Below, piece after piece: positions 12,382-26,279 of a stretch of DNA of 64,000 nucleotides; position 1 is the stretch's first letter; each line of letters opens with the position of its first letter. This stretch comes from Macrostomum lignano (lineage: Eukaryota), in assembly GCA_002269645.1 (NCBI GenBank), contig NIVC01001221.1, forward strand, positions 62,001-126,000, written 5' to 3'. The position numbers and the translations under genes were made by a program. The notes beneath the pieces are model-generated. The model had not been told where the DNA came from, ran no database searches, and saw only the letters and a program-made list of their open reading frames with translations.

Positions 12382-14120
12382 CACGCCTCCCCTGAAGAGA
12401 GAATTCGGTCGATACAATATGCCCTGAAAACTACTGATTTCCCATGAATCTATGACCCAGCAGAAGTCTAAAAAAGCAATCCTAGAAATCCTATCGCATT
12501 GTCTGCACAGTGTACAGGCATGCAATTAGTACAGTGACTTTAGTTGATATCGGTGTAGAATGAAACTAATCCATTCTGCCAGAGCCTCAGAAGTTGGCCT
12601 TCATGGCTGAGAATGGCCTCAGGCCAATCGCACGGAATCGAACCAACTATACATGCATAAATTTTCGCAAGAGGCAGCTGCTCAGCCCCTCAATTGCAGT
12701 CTCGGGCTTCATCAGTTGTTTATTATTAAAGTGCAGCCAAGCTCTGGCAGCCCACCCCAACTCTGTCCAGCTCTCGGCCGCAGCAGCTCACTGCATTTCG
12801 CATTCCTGCCACCTGCAGCCAGCAGCAACAGACAGGCTTGAGCCGCACTGAATGGCCTGAGAGCCATCAAATTCTGAGATTCAAGCATGGCAACAATGCC
12901 TTATTTATGACAAAGAGCAGTCTTGAGCTGTAGGGAGCGGGTGGTTAGAGAGGCCAGCTTAACCTCAAGCAGTAATTATCTCTGCTCGCTCGCTATTCTC
13001 AGGCCGGCGCACCGCTCTGCCAGCCTCCCTGCAGAGCTCGGTCTCTGTTTTGAGTAGTGAGCTGGATGGAGCTGCATTCCAGCTAGACTTGTTTATTATC
13101 TCAGGCAGGCAGGAGTTGCCGGGGGGTTGGGTGGTTCGAGAGGCCAGTATGGGGTGATTGCGAACTCGAGCAGTTTTCTCTTTGCCGCCTTTTATCACGC
13201 GAGACTGTCGCACTGCGAGTGCTGAGCTGGGTGGGGCCGTTCCAGATGAAGGTTAGATTTAATTAGCGATGAGGCTGCCGAGATGAGCAGCGCAAACCTG
13301 AGCTGTCTGAGGCTGCAGTGGCGGCTGCTCCCGAATGAGTTGCAGCCCCAGCCTCGCACAATGGAGACTCTGCATTGTGCTTGAGCACCCTGCCTGCCCC
13401 CTCACTGCACCTTCGCTTCTGTGCTCAGAGATGACGGGCGGAGGCTGAGCTGCCAGCCAGCTGCACTTTTTTGATAGTTTAGCGCTTTCTTGAAGCATGA
13501 GAAAACAAGCGTTTATTGAGCGGATTCTGCATGATCTGAGCTGGGATCTTATAGAGAGTAGAGAAGCTGAGCTGTCGAGTTGACAAATCTCAGCAGTGAA
13601 ATGCTGAAGTGCCGGTCACCAAATGCAAAATGCAATAAAAAAAGCCAGGCAGCCGCAGTGCACAGATAAACCGTGTGAAATCGAAAATCAGCCTATATGT
13701 GAGTCCCACACTGTCCTGGGCAGGCCGAGAGCTGGACAGAATTGAGATGGGCTGCCAGAGCTCGGCTGCACTTTAATAATAAACAACTGATGAAGCCCAA
13801 GAGTGCAATTGAGAGGCTGAGCAGCTGCCTCTTGCGAAAATTTATGCATGTATAGTTGGTTCGATTCCGTGCGATTGGCCTGAGGCCATTCTCAGCCATG
13901 AAGGCCAACTTCTGAGGCTCTGGCAGAATGAATTAGTTTCATTCTACACCGATATCAACTAAAGTCACTGTACTAATTGCATGCCTGTACACTGTGCAGA
14001 CAATGCGATAGGATTTCTAGGATTGCTTTTTTAGACTTCTGCTGGGTCATAGATTCATGGGAAATCAGTAGTTTTCAGGGCATATTGTATCGACCGAATT
14101 CTCTCTTCAGGGGAGGCGTG
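12382..14120. mobile_element. Non-autonomous Chapaev-like (CMC superfamily) DNA transposon
   Basis: About 398-bp TIRs (12382-12779 and 13723-14120), CAC...GTG termini, 4-bp TSD TTCA (12378-12381 and 14121-14124). CAC termini with a 4-bp TSD are the described Chapaev signature. Mirror ORFs 12594+ and 13693- confirm the inverted repeat. Confidence 0.85.
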
Positions 14121-15253
14121 TTCAAATTTGACACAATCAATTTTCAACTATTTTGACACAATCATGTAAATTTCAAGTTTTAAAGTTAATCCTAAAAGGC
14201 GCTGTGCACTTTTAAAGTTAGGCTCTCTTTTTGTCAACAAGACAGCCACCCCAACCTCCACCTCTCTCTTTCCCTTATCTGGCAAGATATGAAACTATGA
14301 TATGAAACTAATGAAAAACTAGTGTATGTCTTTTAGGGTTTATACCAAATTATGCTGAATTGCATACACATATCAGACATATGTGCTTTGCAAACTACTT
14401 GAACTTTAGCCTTGCCCTTAAGGTATATAAAATACTTCCAATTTTCCTATTTTTCTGAAACTTTCGCTACAGTCTTAGAGTAGTCTTCAGTTTTCAGTTT
14501 TCGCTTCAGTTTACAGTCTTCAGTTTTTCAGAGGCCATCCAAAATAATAATAAAGCAAAGAAAATTGCTAAAAATTACCTTCAGAGTTAACAGGAGCTTG
14601 ATTTGTTAACCCTCTATGTAATTAGTGATAACTTGATGCAAGTAGTTTCGGAGAATTATGTTTGAAAATTAACTTTTTTAGAATCATGACTTTCAAAGGT
14701 TAATATTTTCCAGTTTAATGATTTCATTCTAAAAAAACATTAAGAGGGTTAGATCCTTAACCCCAATAAAGAGTGTCTATCTATTCTAACTTTTTTCACT
14801 CAGTTTGTTATACTTATATTAGGCCTAGTGCAGCAAGAGTGCCACATGTCTAATTAGTATTCCCTGGAGCCTGGAGGTGTTTGATAACTTGCTGAATTTT
14901 TAATTTAAGCTACATTACAATTTTCTCCCTGGACCCCCTTAGTCTTAGAGTTTATCTGCCTAATCTACAATAGATCCCCATGCTTCTATTGAAGTTTAGA
15001 TACATAAAATCAATCCCTATGAAGATTCTCCCTACCCCAAAACCCCATGCCCTGGTGGTTGGCTTTAAGCTACAAAAAATAAAGCTTAACTTTAAAATCA
15101 GCACTATAAAAACACAGACTCCGGAAGGTTACAAGTACGCCGGAAAATTCCGGCGTACAAATGACCCCTTTAAAGTGTTGTGTTGTGCACTTTTGCGGTG
15201 CCTGTGCACCTAGTCTTAGCAGGCTGAGTCACCTCTTGGCCTATGGGTTTTTT

Positions 15254-15971
15254 TGTTATTCCCCCTTTTTTGCATTGCCGCAGCCAGAGGCTTAAGTTTT
15301 GGCATTTGTTCGCTCGCCCTGCGTGGCGATTGGTCGCAGCCAGCCGATCGGGCTTGGAGCTGCCGTCCCCAGGGGGGGGGGGGGTTGGCTAGGGGCGTTG
15401 GTGGGGTGGTGGGATGGAGAGCGCGTGGCCCTCTCCCCTCCGCGGGCGTGTGCTATTTAACATTGCTCGCGGCGGGTTGGAGCGATGCGCGTCTCGGCCA
15501 TCCACCTCTCCATGAACTCTGCTTTCCGACGGCGCTAGACAGCCATAGTTACTATCATGCTACGAGTACTTGAAACAGAAATACATCAATAAGGCCACCT
15601 ATGTGCACTGGCCCTGAGTGACAGCTGCCAGCTAAGTAAGTGCGCATTCTGCCTTTTTTCTCTCGGTTGCCTAGGGGGCAGAGAGTCCGTGTGTCCGGAC
15701 GCCGACTCAGCTAGTTGGGAGGGAGACGTCAGAAGGATACCTACCGTACATCTCTACGCCTCTACGCCAGCCAGTGCGTCCCGACGCCTCGCTGAAGGTG
15801 GCTCGCACCACTGCGTCCCGACGCGTGGGAAGGCTGCGTGGGTACGTCCTGATGCCCCAGACTGTCAGGGGAAGTGCTCACCTTAGCGCCCGCGCGCAGG
15901 CTTAGCAAGGACCCGCTTGTAGGGTGGTAGGACCACCCTATTGCCGGGCCGGGGGCTGCAGGGATACAACA
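15254..15971 (+). mobile_element. 5' LTR of a Gypsy-like retrotransposon
   Basis: TGTTATTCCC...GGGATACAACA imperfect terminal inverted ends, immediately followed by a PBS and gag. The left boundary is less certain than the right. Confidence 0.7.
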
Positions 15972-15974
15972 AAT

Positions 15975-15992
15975 TGGCGCCCAAATAGGGAC
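15975..15992 (+). promoter_or_regulatory. Primer binding site, tRNA-Lys-like (TGGCGCCCAAATAGGGAC)
   Basis: Lies 3 nt after the LTR end ACA and resembles the canonical Lys PBS TGGCGCCCGAACAGGGAC. Confidence 0.8.
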
Positions 15993-16128
15993 CTGCTTTG
16001 CCTGTGGTTTTTCTGGGTGTGTTGTATTGAGGGTAGAGAGTGCTTCGTGTCGAGTTCTGGATCGAGCTTCGAGTCGAGTTGCTTAATTGTGCCAGTGCAG
16101 TTGGCGGCTTGTAGTTTTACTATGACCC

Positions 16129-16668
16129 ATGGCGGGTATCGATGACTTGATTGGTGCGCTGACGGACAGGCTGCGCGAGAATTTGAACCATGGGCCTCCA
16201 AGAGTTGCAAAGCCGGTGAAGTATGTGACTGGAATGAATTTTCGCCTGTGCTTGAGGAGTTTCAACAGATTTTGTGAGGTGACTGGGATTGAAGAAGCGG
16301 ATTGAAGGCCACATCTGATGAGTCTGCTGGATCTCAACACAGCTTATATCGCGGTGGACAACCTTAATCTGGCGGATGATCTGGAGTATGAGGAGTTTAC
16401 TGAGCAGCTGCTGAATAGGTTCACGCAGCATCGGACTCCGCAGGACTTCAGGTTGGAGCTGGTAGGTCGGGACCAAGACCAGAAGGAGTCGATGGAGGCC
16501 TACGGGGATGCCCTGCTCGAGATAGTCCGGAACGCCTATCCGACGATTGATCAGGACGCGAGGTCGGAGCTGGCCAAAGACCGGTTCATGAAAGGTGTGC
16601 AAGTAGCTGAGCCAGTCCGGGAGAAATTATTTCTTAGCCAGCCAGAGAGTCTGGCTGCTGCAATCAGG
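16129..16668 (+). pseudogene. Gypsy-like gag, with an internal stop and 3' truncation
   Basis: ATG at 16129 (MAGIDDLIGAL...), in-frame TGA at 16303-16305, then a retrotransposon-gag motif (RDQDQKESMEAYGDALLEIVRNAYP...ELAKDRFMKG). Homology stops near AAAIR; no pol or 3' LTR follows. Confidence 0.8.
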
Positions 16669-17289
16669 AGTGCCCTGAGCAGCACCGATGGAGACTACTT
16701 TCTGCGCGGCTGAGTCTGCAGTTGCTAAAAACAATATTAAATGTGCTCCACAACTATATAGTACACTCGTACATGTAGAGCCACTGGGAGTATGAAAGAC
16801 TATAAAAGTAGCTTCTTACTTTTAATAATTCTTTGCCAAATAAAGAGCCTCAAAAGTTTAAAGGAAAGAAATCAAGAAACGTTTTGTATAGTATTTGTTC
16901 TTGGCTCTGAACAAGCTCAAGATGAATCTGAATGGGACTCACTGTGTTTTAACTTGCATGGTGCTCACACAAAAAATATCAATTCTTCATCTGAAATTAA
17001 AGGTGCTCTAAAAACAGTGATTAAAAGACAAAACTCTTAACTTTATTTTAAGGTACGGCATAGTTGTACTTAATTCTAATCAATATTTATTGTATAACTA
17101 CATATGTTTTAACGCAAGCGTAATTTAAACAGTACATGTAATTTTTACTCCAGTAGCTATAGCTGTAGTCTTTACTATCGACCGTGGCATAACAAAAATT
17201 TGTTTAAAAATTGTCAAGTTAAAGACACGTGGTTCTACTGAGACAATCATTAATGAAATGCAAACATCAATGGTGCTTGTGGGCTTATC

Positions 17290-17580
17290 GATAGATGATG
17301 GGTTTGGGCCTTTTCAGCTCCTTTGGGGAAGCCTTCGGGCCTCAGGTCTCAGAAATAAATCAATTAGAGTCCTGGCCCCCCACTCCTGTCAGATGGTCAG
17401 CCCCAAGGTAGCTTGATCTTGTGCGAGCAGTCTAGGTCCTATAGCTAAGAGAGGGACAGCGAGAGACAAGCAGAGAGAATTTTGAAGGTAGAGATCAGCT
17501 AATCCGCAGATTAACTAACCCGCTGCCACCAGCCCGTGCGTTCTGGCTCACCAAGCCGGAACTTTCGAAATCGGTTTTTT
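17290..17580. repeat. Interspersed repeat, copy 1 (LTR-like fragment)
   Basis: Colinear with 50790-51075 (GGGAAGCCTTCGGGCCTCAGG...AATAAATCAATTAGAG...CGAAATCGG). Confidence 0.8.
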
Positions 17581-18201
17581 GGGATTTAAAAAAGGACCTC
17601 ACCGCTTTCAGTTTTCTCAGTATATGGTGCCCCGATCCTCTATGGCCCCTTCCTAGGTGGTACAGTGTATATGGCACCCCCTATAGTGTTATACTTGGCG
17701 CGCCCCCACTCTAATGGTAACGTGATCGGCATGATGAAACGGCCCCAAACTGACTGCAAAACATTTTACACATATTTTTTGCATGTATACAAAATGGAGT
17801 TAAAATCCTTTTATTAAGGAACGTCGATAGACTATAAGGAATATAAATTATGTGCAAGCTATACTACTCGCAGCTGGGAAGATTAAAACACGGTTCTACT
17901 AACTAGCTAAGATAAGTAAAAGGGCGCCTCAGTCATTGAAAGGCTCTGACGCCACTAAGAGAAATTTGGGTTCCAGATTGGGAGTGTACTATAATGTACA
18001 CAAGGCTTCTAAGCTAGGCTAAAAGAGACTGTGACCATCAAGCCGAGCAGGCGACACCAGTCGGGCTGAGGGCGGGCCCGGTCTACCCCCGATTCGCCTA
18101 TTCCCGATTTGTCGAAATTCCTCATTTGCCGAATCCCGATTTGCCGATTTGCCGACTCGCCGAATTCACTATTCGGCCAATTCGTACTACGTCGAATCTC
18201 T

Positions 18202-19040
<839 letters not shown>

Positions 19041-19232
19041 TTGAATTTCATAAATAAATTCTGATTTTTACTGTGAGAAAAGAAACGTTCTACCCATGCA
19101 CAACGGAAGCATTTTAAGCTGAGAAGATTTTAATTAACATTCCAGTGCTTTCTCATCCCACCCCCACCCCATGCACCTTGTGACCCGTTATGAAAATCAG
19201 TAATTTATAGCTTCAGGGCAAATAGCATCTCT

Positions 19233-20085
19233 CGCACCAAAATGAGTGCCTGTGGCACCAAAAAGAGTGCTTGCGGCGCCAAAAAGAGTGCCAGTGGCGC
19301 CTAAATGAGTGCCTGCGGCGCCAAAAAGAGTGCCAGCGGCGCCTAAATGAGTGCCTGCGGCGCCAAAAAGAGTGCCAGCGGCGCCTAAATGAGTGCCTGC
19401 GGCGCCAAAAAGAGTGCCAGCGGCGCCTAAATGAGTGCCAGCGGCGCCTAAATGAGTGCCTGCGGCGCATAAGAGTGGCCTGTGGCACCAAAAAGAGTGC
19501 CAGCGGCGCCTAAATGAGTGCCTGCGGCGCATAAGAGTGGCCTGTGGCACCAAAAAGAGTGCCAGCGGCGCCTAAATGAGTGCCTGCGGCGCCAAAAAGA
19601 GTGCTTGCGGCGCCAAAAAGAGTGCCAGCGGCGCCAAAAAGAGTGCCAGCGGCGCCTAAATGAGTGCCTGCGGCGCCAAAAAGAGTGCCAGCGGCGCCTA
19701 AATGAGTGCCTGCGGCGCCAAAAAGAGTGCCAGCGGCGCCTAAATGAGTGCCAGCGGCGCCTAAATGAGTGCCTGCGGCGCATAAGAGTGGCCTGTGGCA
19801 CCAAAAAGAGTGCCAGCGGCGCCTAACTGCCTGCGGCGCATAAGAGTGGCCTGTGGCACCAAAAAGAGTGCCAGCGGCGCCTAAATGAGTGCCTGCGGCG
19901 CCAAAAAGAGTGCTTGCGGCGCCAAAAAGAGTGCCAGCGGCGCCGAAATGAGTGTCTGCGGCGCCTAAATGAGTGCCTGCGGCGCCTAAATGAGTGCCTG
20001 CGGCACCAGAGGCACCAAAAAGCATTGCGGCGCCTAAAATGAGTGCCTGCGGCGCCAAAATGAGTGTCTGCGGCGCTAAAACGAG
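19233..20085. repeat. 20/21-bp minisatellite (GCGGCGCCAAAAAGAGTGCCA / GCGGCGCCTAAATGAGTGCCT)
   Basis: Direct reading; accounts for the repetitive ORFs 19197-20119. Confidence 0.95.
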
Positions 20086-22093
20086 CGCTGCCAACACTGA
20101 TTTTCAAAATAATGTACATGTAGGAATTTAGTCATATACATGTACATGTAGAACTCTTGGCTTAACCTGCCCCCCCATCCACAAAATCCTCGATCGACAG
20201 TTTATATATGCAATTTTCGAGCTGTGTCCGAGCGTAAAGTGCAGTTGCAATTTTTTCATTACCACGTATGTTGTAGCTATACCGTGGTTTTCTGTTAAAT
20301 AAACAATTATAATGCTTGCAATCTCTAGACTGTACTAAACAATCTGCACATTAACGGTGAACAAAAACGTACAGTACAAGTACTCGTAGAAAGGCCTTGG
20401 GCCTTAGACTGGTAAAAGACGTGTGCGTCTTAATTTATACTACTTGTTACATGTACATGTACATATATATTAAGGCTGTTTTTAATTTACCACCTATATG
20501 CATTGTAATTTGAAATTAAGTACACTCAGTTTTTAAAATTTTGCTACATCAGTTTCTTTGAGTACTTCCCTTTCCCATTCTTCTCGGGGATCCTGAAGGC
20601 CCAAAACAATTCCCCGGGGAGAGTTGATGAAAATTCTCTTCCCCCCCCCCCCCCCCCCAGGGGTACCCGGGGGAGTGTCCCTGGGGATTGAATTTCGTAG
20701 TGCCAGCCACAAACGGACGCTATTTTACTACGAGTATTTAGCCTGTGTTCTTGAATTTTGTGTACCTGCATTGCTCCGCAGAGCAATTTAAAAGCAAAGT
20801 AAATATTAAAACGGCCCTTTTAAGGCCACAGCATAAATTCTTACTTGGCGAATGGAGATCCTGGATTTTACTTAATTTTTCTTCGAACACCTTAAAACTC
20901 TTAATTTACTATATACTACTACTGGTGTTTTAGAGCCTATTAATTTTGAATTCGCTGTCAAATATAAATGATTAATTAGATATGATTACTGTTACCAAGG
21001 CTCGCCACTCGCCAGCAACAGGCTTGTGAGAGCCGGCACCGTAGTGCACAACAAAAGTTTAGTTTAGTCCGTTTTCTTGAATTTATGTGCCATTGCTCCG
21101 TTTCGTTATAGAGCAAATAGAAAATCTTCAAAACGGCCCTTTTTAGGGTAACCTAACAGTTATCTACTTTGGCGAACCATAGGGGAACTAAAAATATTCA
21201 ATTAAAAAGGCTTCATTAAAAAAGACTGTAATAAATTTGCTAGTGGGAATTGTGTTAGTACGAAAAATTATTTATTATTTAATTTGGGTTAGTTTTAATA
21301 ACTGCGGAATGTTTAAAGCTCAATAAAAATAGTTAGTTTGATATGAGAAAATTTGTAGAGTAACATAACTTGGCATTTCTTACTATGAGTAGCCAGTAAC
21401 GTGAGTGACATGGAATCACAATTAGCAATAAGAGGTATTTTTGCCGCGTCCAATAGAAATTGTCCGCTCTCGTTTTTTAAATTATCGATTAGTGAGTTTT
21501 TTGTACTTGGTAAATTCAACTCCATTTAACTTGGTACTATACATGTAATCGGCGCCAGCGAAGGGTCTTTGGACGTGATTCGACGTTGCGTTGCTGAGAT
21601 AAGATTAAATCTAGTCAATATAGACTACACTCATCTTGGAAGTTAAAGCTTTGGATTTGACGGTAAGTTAAGTTTGATTTCTGTGTGCCATTTCTAGATG
21701 CTTTATGGATAGTATGGAAGCTTTATTCGCGAAGGCATTCCATTTTTACAGTAGACACAGTATAAATTACTTTATATAGTATGCAGCATGAACTCTAGGA
21801 ATAGAAATGCATGAAAATTAATGCATCTTTTTGTCTTAGACTTAAGTGCCCTAGGCTATTTAATTTATGGCTTTTAAGCACCAAAGCAAAGCAAGAATTG
21901 TTTTTATTAAAGCAGCCTTGTTAAAGCCAATAAAGGGGCTAGGTTATGACTTATGGTATGTATTATAGCTAACAAACCATAATTTAATTTTTATTCAATA
22001 GGTTTAAGAATTGTTTCTTTGAAAATAAATAAACATTTATAGGTGTGCTAGGCCTATTAGCTCTGTCTTCTTAATTGTTAGCCTTTGCTTAGT

Positions 22094-22370
22094 GGCAATG
22101 GCTAGAGTTTTAGGACTAGAACCCATTTTCTAACGGCTACAGATCCGGCAGACGGCAGTGCCATTATAATATAGATAGAACATTATATTTTTCTTTCTAC
22201 AGGTGGCTGATATTGAGATTTTGTTCTAAATTAAAATTTAAGACGATATGATAAGATTCGGAACAAGATACTTCTAACATTCAGACTTCTTAAGATATGC
22301 TTTTATACGCCACTGCCAGATCCCTAACTGTTAGAAAACGGGTTCCGGTGCCGGAACTCTAGCCATTACC
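22094..22370. mobile_element. Mutator-like MITE
   Basis: Imperfect ~55-bp TIRs GG(C/T)AATGGCTAGAGTT. Perfect 9-bp TSD TTGCTTAGT (22085-22093 and 22371-22379). Confidence 0.88.
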
Positions 22371-25300
22371 TTGCTTAGTCACTTATCTTATAGGAAGTGG
22401 TTATTTTTACGGCTGAGCTATAGATATAGCCCAAATTCTAATTTTTACGGCTGGCCATAAAAATGTCAAAAATTGTTATTATTACAGCTGAGCCGTAAGT
22501 ATAATTAATTTGTCTATTTTATGGCTAAGCCATAGATATAACCTGGAACTACTATTTTTACGGCTGTCTGTCTATAATTTATTCCTAATAGCCATTTCAA
22601 TAGTTTGCATTTGATTTCATGACAGTTTTTTGAACTATTTTTTTACTACTAAAATCATGCTACCCATATTTAATGATTCAATCGATACTATTTTCACTAT
22701 AGTACAAGTACAGTACAGTACTCTACACTACTCAAGTACTACTCAAGACAACTCAAGCAATGCGAGTGTACAATGTACACATTGTCACTGGATTTTCTGT
22801 CGCCACTTTGACCATATGTCATTGGATCGATCTTGTCACTAGTTTGGCACAGGTTACATCTGAAATGTATATTTTTATGGCAAAAAACATTTTTGTTATT
22901 ATCTCTACACATGTACTGGGAAGTTCTAACCACTGTCCTCTGTATAGACAACTCTGTAGAACAGTGAATGAGGAAGATAAAAATTAATACATAAGACAAT
23001 TGGCATGGTTTTTTAAAGTAAAAAATTTATATAAAAGCCATATACATGTAGATCACAATTTCTACTATATTTGTCACATCATGGAAATTTTAACTTTTAC
23101 ATGTACCTCAAGGGGTCAAGGCACATTAAATTTAAATGCCTCTCTAAGACAAGCGTAATAGGTTTTTAGACTGCTGTAGTAACATGAAGCTGCAGAGCTA
23201 CACAAATTCTTCTCAGGGCTGCAAATTAGCCAGAAATTAAGATGACATGATCAAAGTAGTCATATGCAGCAAATAGCCGACGGAATGAAACAACCATGAG
23301 AGTACTACATGTACTGTAACAAACTGGCTTTTGAAGCTAAGACTAGTAGGTGGGACCAAAATAGTGTTCCGCCATAGCCATAGCTACGGCTATGGGATCC
23401 TACGGCAAATACGGTAAAATAGGTGCCTATGGCAGCTACAGATACGCCTACGGTAGCTAGCTGCTCTTATGGCTACAACTATAGAAATATGGTAGTTGTT
23501 GTCACATTCCGTAGATTGCCATAGCCGTAGTTATTAAGGTGGGCATAGAGAAGAAAAATTTATGAATTGGAGGTATTTGAATTGTTAGTCAACACTAGTG
23601 AAGTGGGGTGGATTTCATGTTTGAATCGCCGCCTGCATTGTCTTGACACTCGTAAAGCCAGAAAATTTCTCGAATTGATGCACTGATTCTTCTCCTTGTT
23701 TATTCCATTTGCCGGGGTCCTCAATTCCGGGGGAGGGTAGTCGTGATCGTAGTCGCAGTCTTAGTGGCACGATCGTTCAAATTGAGTCTTTAGACACTGT
23801 AAATGTCATGATCTGTTGATGTACTCGGTTTATTACTGTCAGCAGTAAAGTAGTGCTGCCACCACTGTAAATTTTGTTTTATGGAACATTAAGGCCAAGG
23901 GTCTCAAAGCTTTCTTTGAGTTGAGACTGATCGGTTATTTTATGCCCCACGGGCAAATGACTCAATATAGACTAAAGCTTCGATTTAATCAACTGGATAA
24001 ATAAATTGTTATTATTGGTAGCTTATCATTATTATTACTAGTTCTCACAAATAGATTAAACAGCTACAGCACAATTATTTGACATTATTATAGTGGTAGT
24101 AATAACTTAGTGCGCGAGGCGAACACTATTAATAGTTCAAAGTAATAAAGCAAACTAGGCCTAATTGTTGTAGAAAATACCAAACGAGAAGTTGAGACGA
24201 GACAGTCAACCAAGTGGGTAAAACAGGCAATTATAAACTTAAACTCAAACCTAAACCTTCAGAACACGGGGAAGGAGAGTGGAACCCTAATTTAAAAAAA
24301 GACTGCTTCACGCAAGGATAATATACAGCAAAAATTACATAGATCAACGGGTAAAACACCATGGGGAACACCAGTGGGAAAACGGGACAAAAACCCGGGA
24401 GAAACGCAGTAAAACAAAGGTGGAGCCAAAGGAAGGGACAACAAATGGACCAAAGGTGGGATCAACGAAGGGAAAATGCTCAATCAGCTGGGGGAGCAGC
24501 TCGTGACGTCAATCATCATACCAACAGATAGAGGCGTTGCGCAGTCGCCAATTGTTGCTGGAACCCCAGTGGTAGACCAGCCTACCACATTATTAATGTT
24601 AAAAATTGAAAAAAATATTAGAAACAGGTAGAGTAAAACAAAGATTATTATCTTTTAACTTTTAAGTTTAACTTTTATTAAACTATATTATCAACATAGA
24701 AACTTATAAAATATACCTAAAGAAGTACAATAAAACACTAGCAAACTAATTTTTATTAATGTGAAAAAGTTAAGCATTAGTACTGTTATAGGCATTTTGG
24801 CTCTCTATGAAAATTCCATCGTTATGCCACTGGGATGGGCGTGGTTCGCGGTTAAGCTACTGGTTTGTATTGCTAAGGATTCTTACTAGTGGATTTTACT
24901 TCCTACTGGTTGAGACTTTTCGCTGCCACCAGGTTCCTGCTGTTCCCTAATTCTAGCTTTAGGTTTAAAGAACTGAGTCAGGACACCAATTTAGATTTAG
25001 TTAATATAATATAATATAATATAATAATAAAAAAAACAGAAATAGTTACTTGATTGTACAAAAGTTTGGTTTTACATTAGTTCCTATACTTAAGTTTTCT
25101 GTTGTGCGTTTGGCAAGACTCCCGGTTTATAGATTTAGAGGCAAGACTCCTCTGTGCACGCCTAAATTATAATTCTTTTATTTATTTCCCCTTCTTACCG
25201 CTTTTCTTGTGAATTTTCCAAGTTCGAAGACACTCCAACAACAAACTTTTCTTTCCCAAGAGCCCAACTACTCTGTAGTTCTAAAGGAACCCCAATTTTA

Positions 25301-25483
25301 TCTACTTACCCCCGCTCTAATTATTTCCCCGGGTTGAAACTACTGATAGTAGGGTAAAAGCATATTTAAACCTGCAAAATTTCCCGTTCCTAAAATAATG
25401 CCCTACTACACCACCAAAGTTGTTGCAGGCCTGTTAATTCTGTCTTTCTACTTAATTTACTTTCTGCATAAATGTACTAATAT

Positions 25484-25590
25484 TGGTAGCGTCTACTTAT
25501 TCACTTATATTGGTAGCGTCTACTTATCTACTTTTATTGGTAGCGTCTACTTATCTAATTATATTGGTAGCGTCTACTTATCTAATGGTA
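25484..25590. repeat. ~30-bp tandem repeat (ATTGGTAGCGTCTACTTAT core), about 4 copies
   Basis: Direct reading. Confidence 0.85.
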
Positions 25591-26279
25591 GCGGTTATAC
25601 ATGTACTGTACTTTTTGCCTGAGCGGTCTATTGGCACTGTCTACTCTTATCTCTCAGTCCTGGCGTTCCCGGGATCAGAGGGTCACAGCTTTATATTTTC
25701 CCTGCCCTGAGGCGATTTTCTCTCGCTCTGAGGTGGTTCTCCTGCCCTGAGGCAAATTTACTATTATTGCCCTGAGGCGATTTCTCGCTTTTAGCGGATC
25801 TTAATATTACTCCCGATTTGGGGCTTCTACTATAGAAATGAATAAGACACTCTAAACAATTTTCTTATCAGGTTTTAGCTATTGCTAGAGCACACAAACA
25901 AGCAAGTAAGTTAAACGAGTTGGTCTTCCTGGCCCGCTCGGAGCCTCTATTTATAGTAAGATTCAGCGTAAATTTTAACAAAATTAATCGCAAGAATATT
26001 TTCACAACTCAAAACATTTAAACAAAGTTTTTAGTGCAAATTTAAAATTGACTTTTGACAATTAACAATCATGACCCTGGTACGCTAGCAATATTGCAAA
26101 AGTCAATAGTCAATAAATCTGCATCAAATCAAATCAAGTCAATAGCAGGTGGCCTCCCAATGAAGCAGCAGTGTGAGGCCATTTTTTTTGCTTGTCAACG
26201 ACCTTGCTTGTATAGTATTTAATAGAGCTATCCTATAATAGAGCTATCCCTGTGGCTATCAGAATCATTCGATAGATCG

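Noticed and set aside
12594-13908. Duplicated MAFMAENGLRP ORFs
   Set aside because: They are mirror readings of the Chapaev-like TIRs, with no protein motif.
23560-24000. Possible degraded LINE ORF1 on the minus strand
   Set aside because: It has several stops and no diagnostic motif that I can name.
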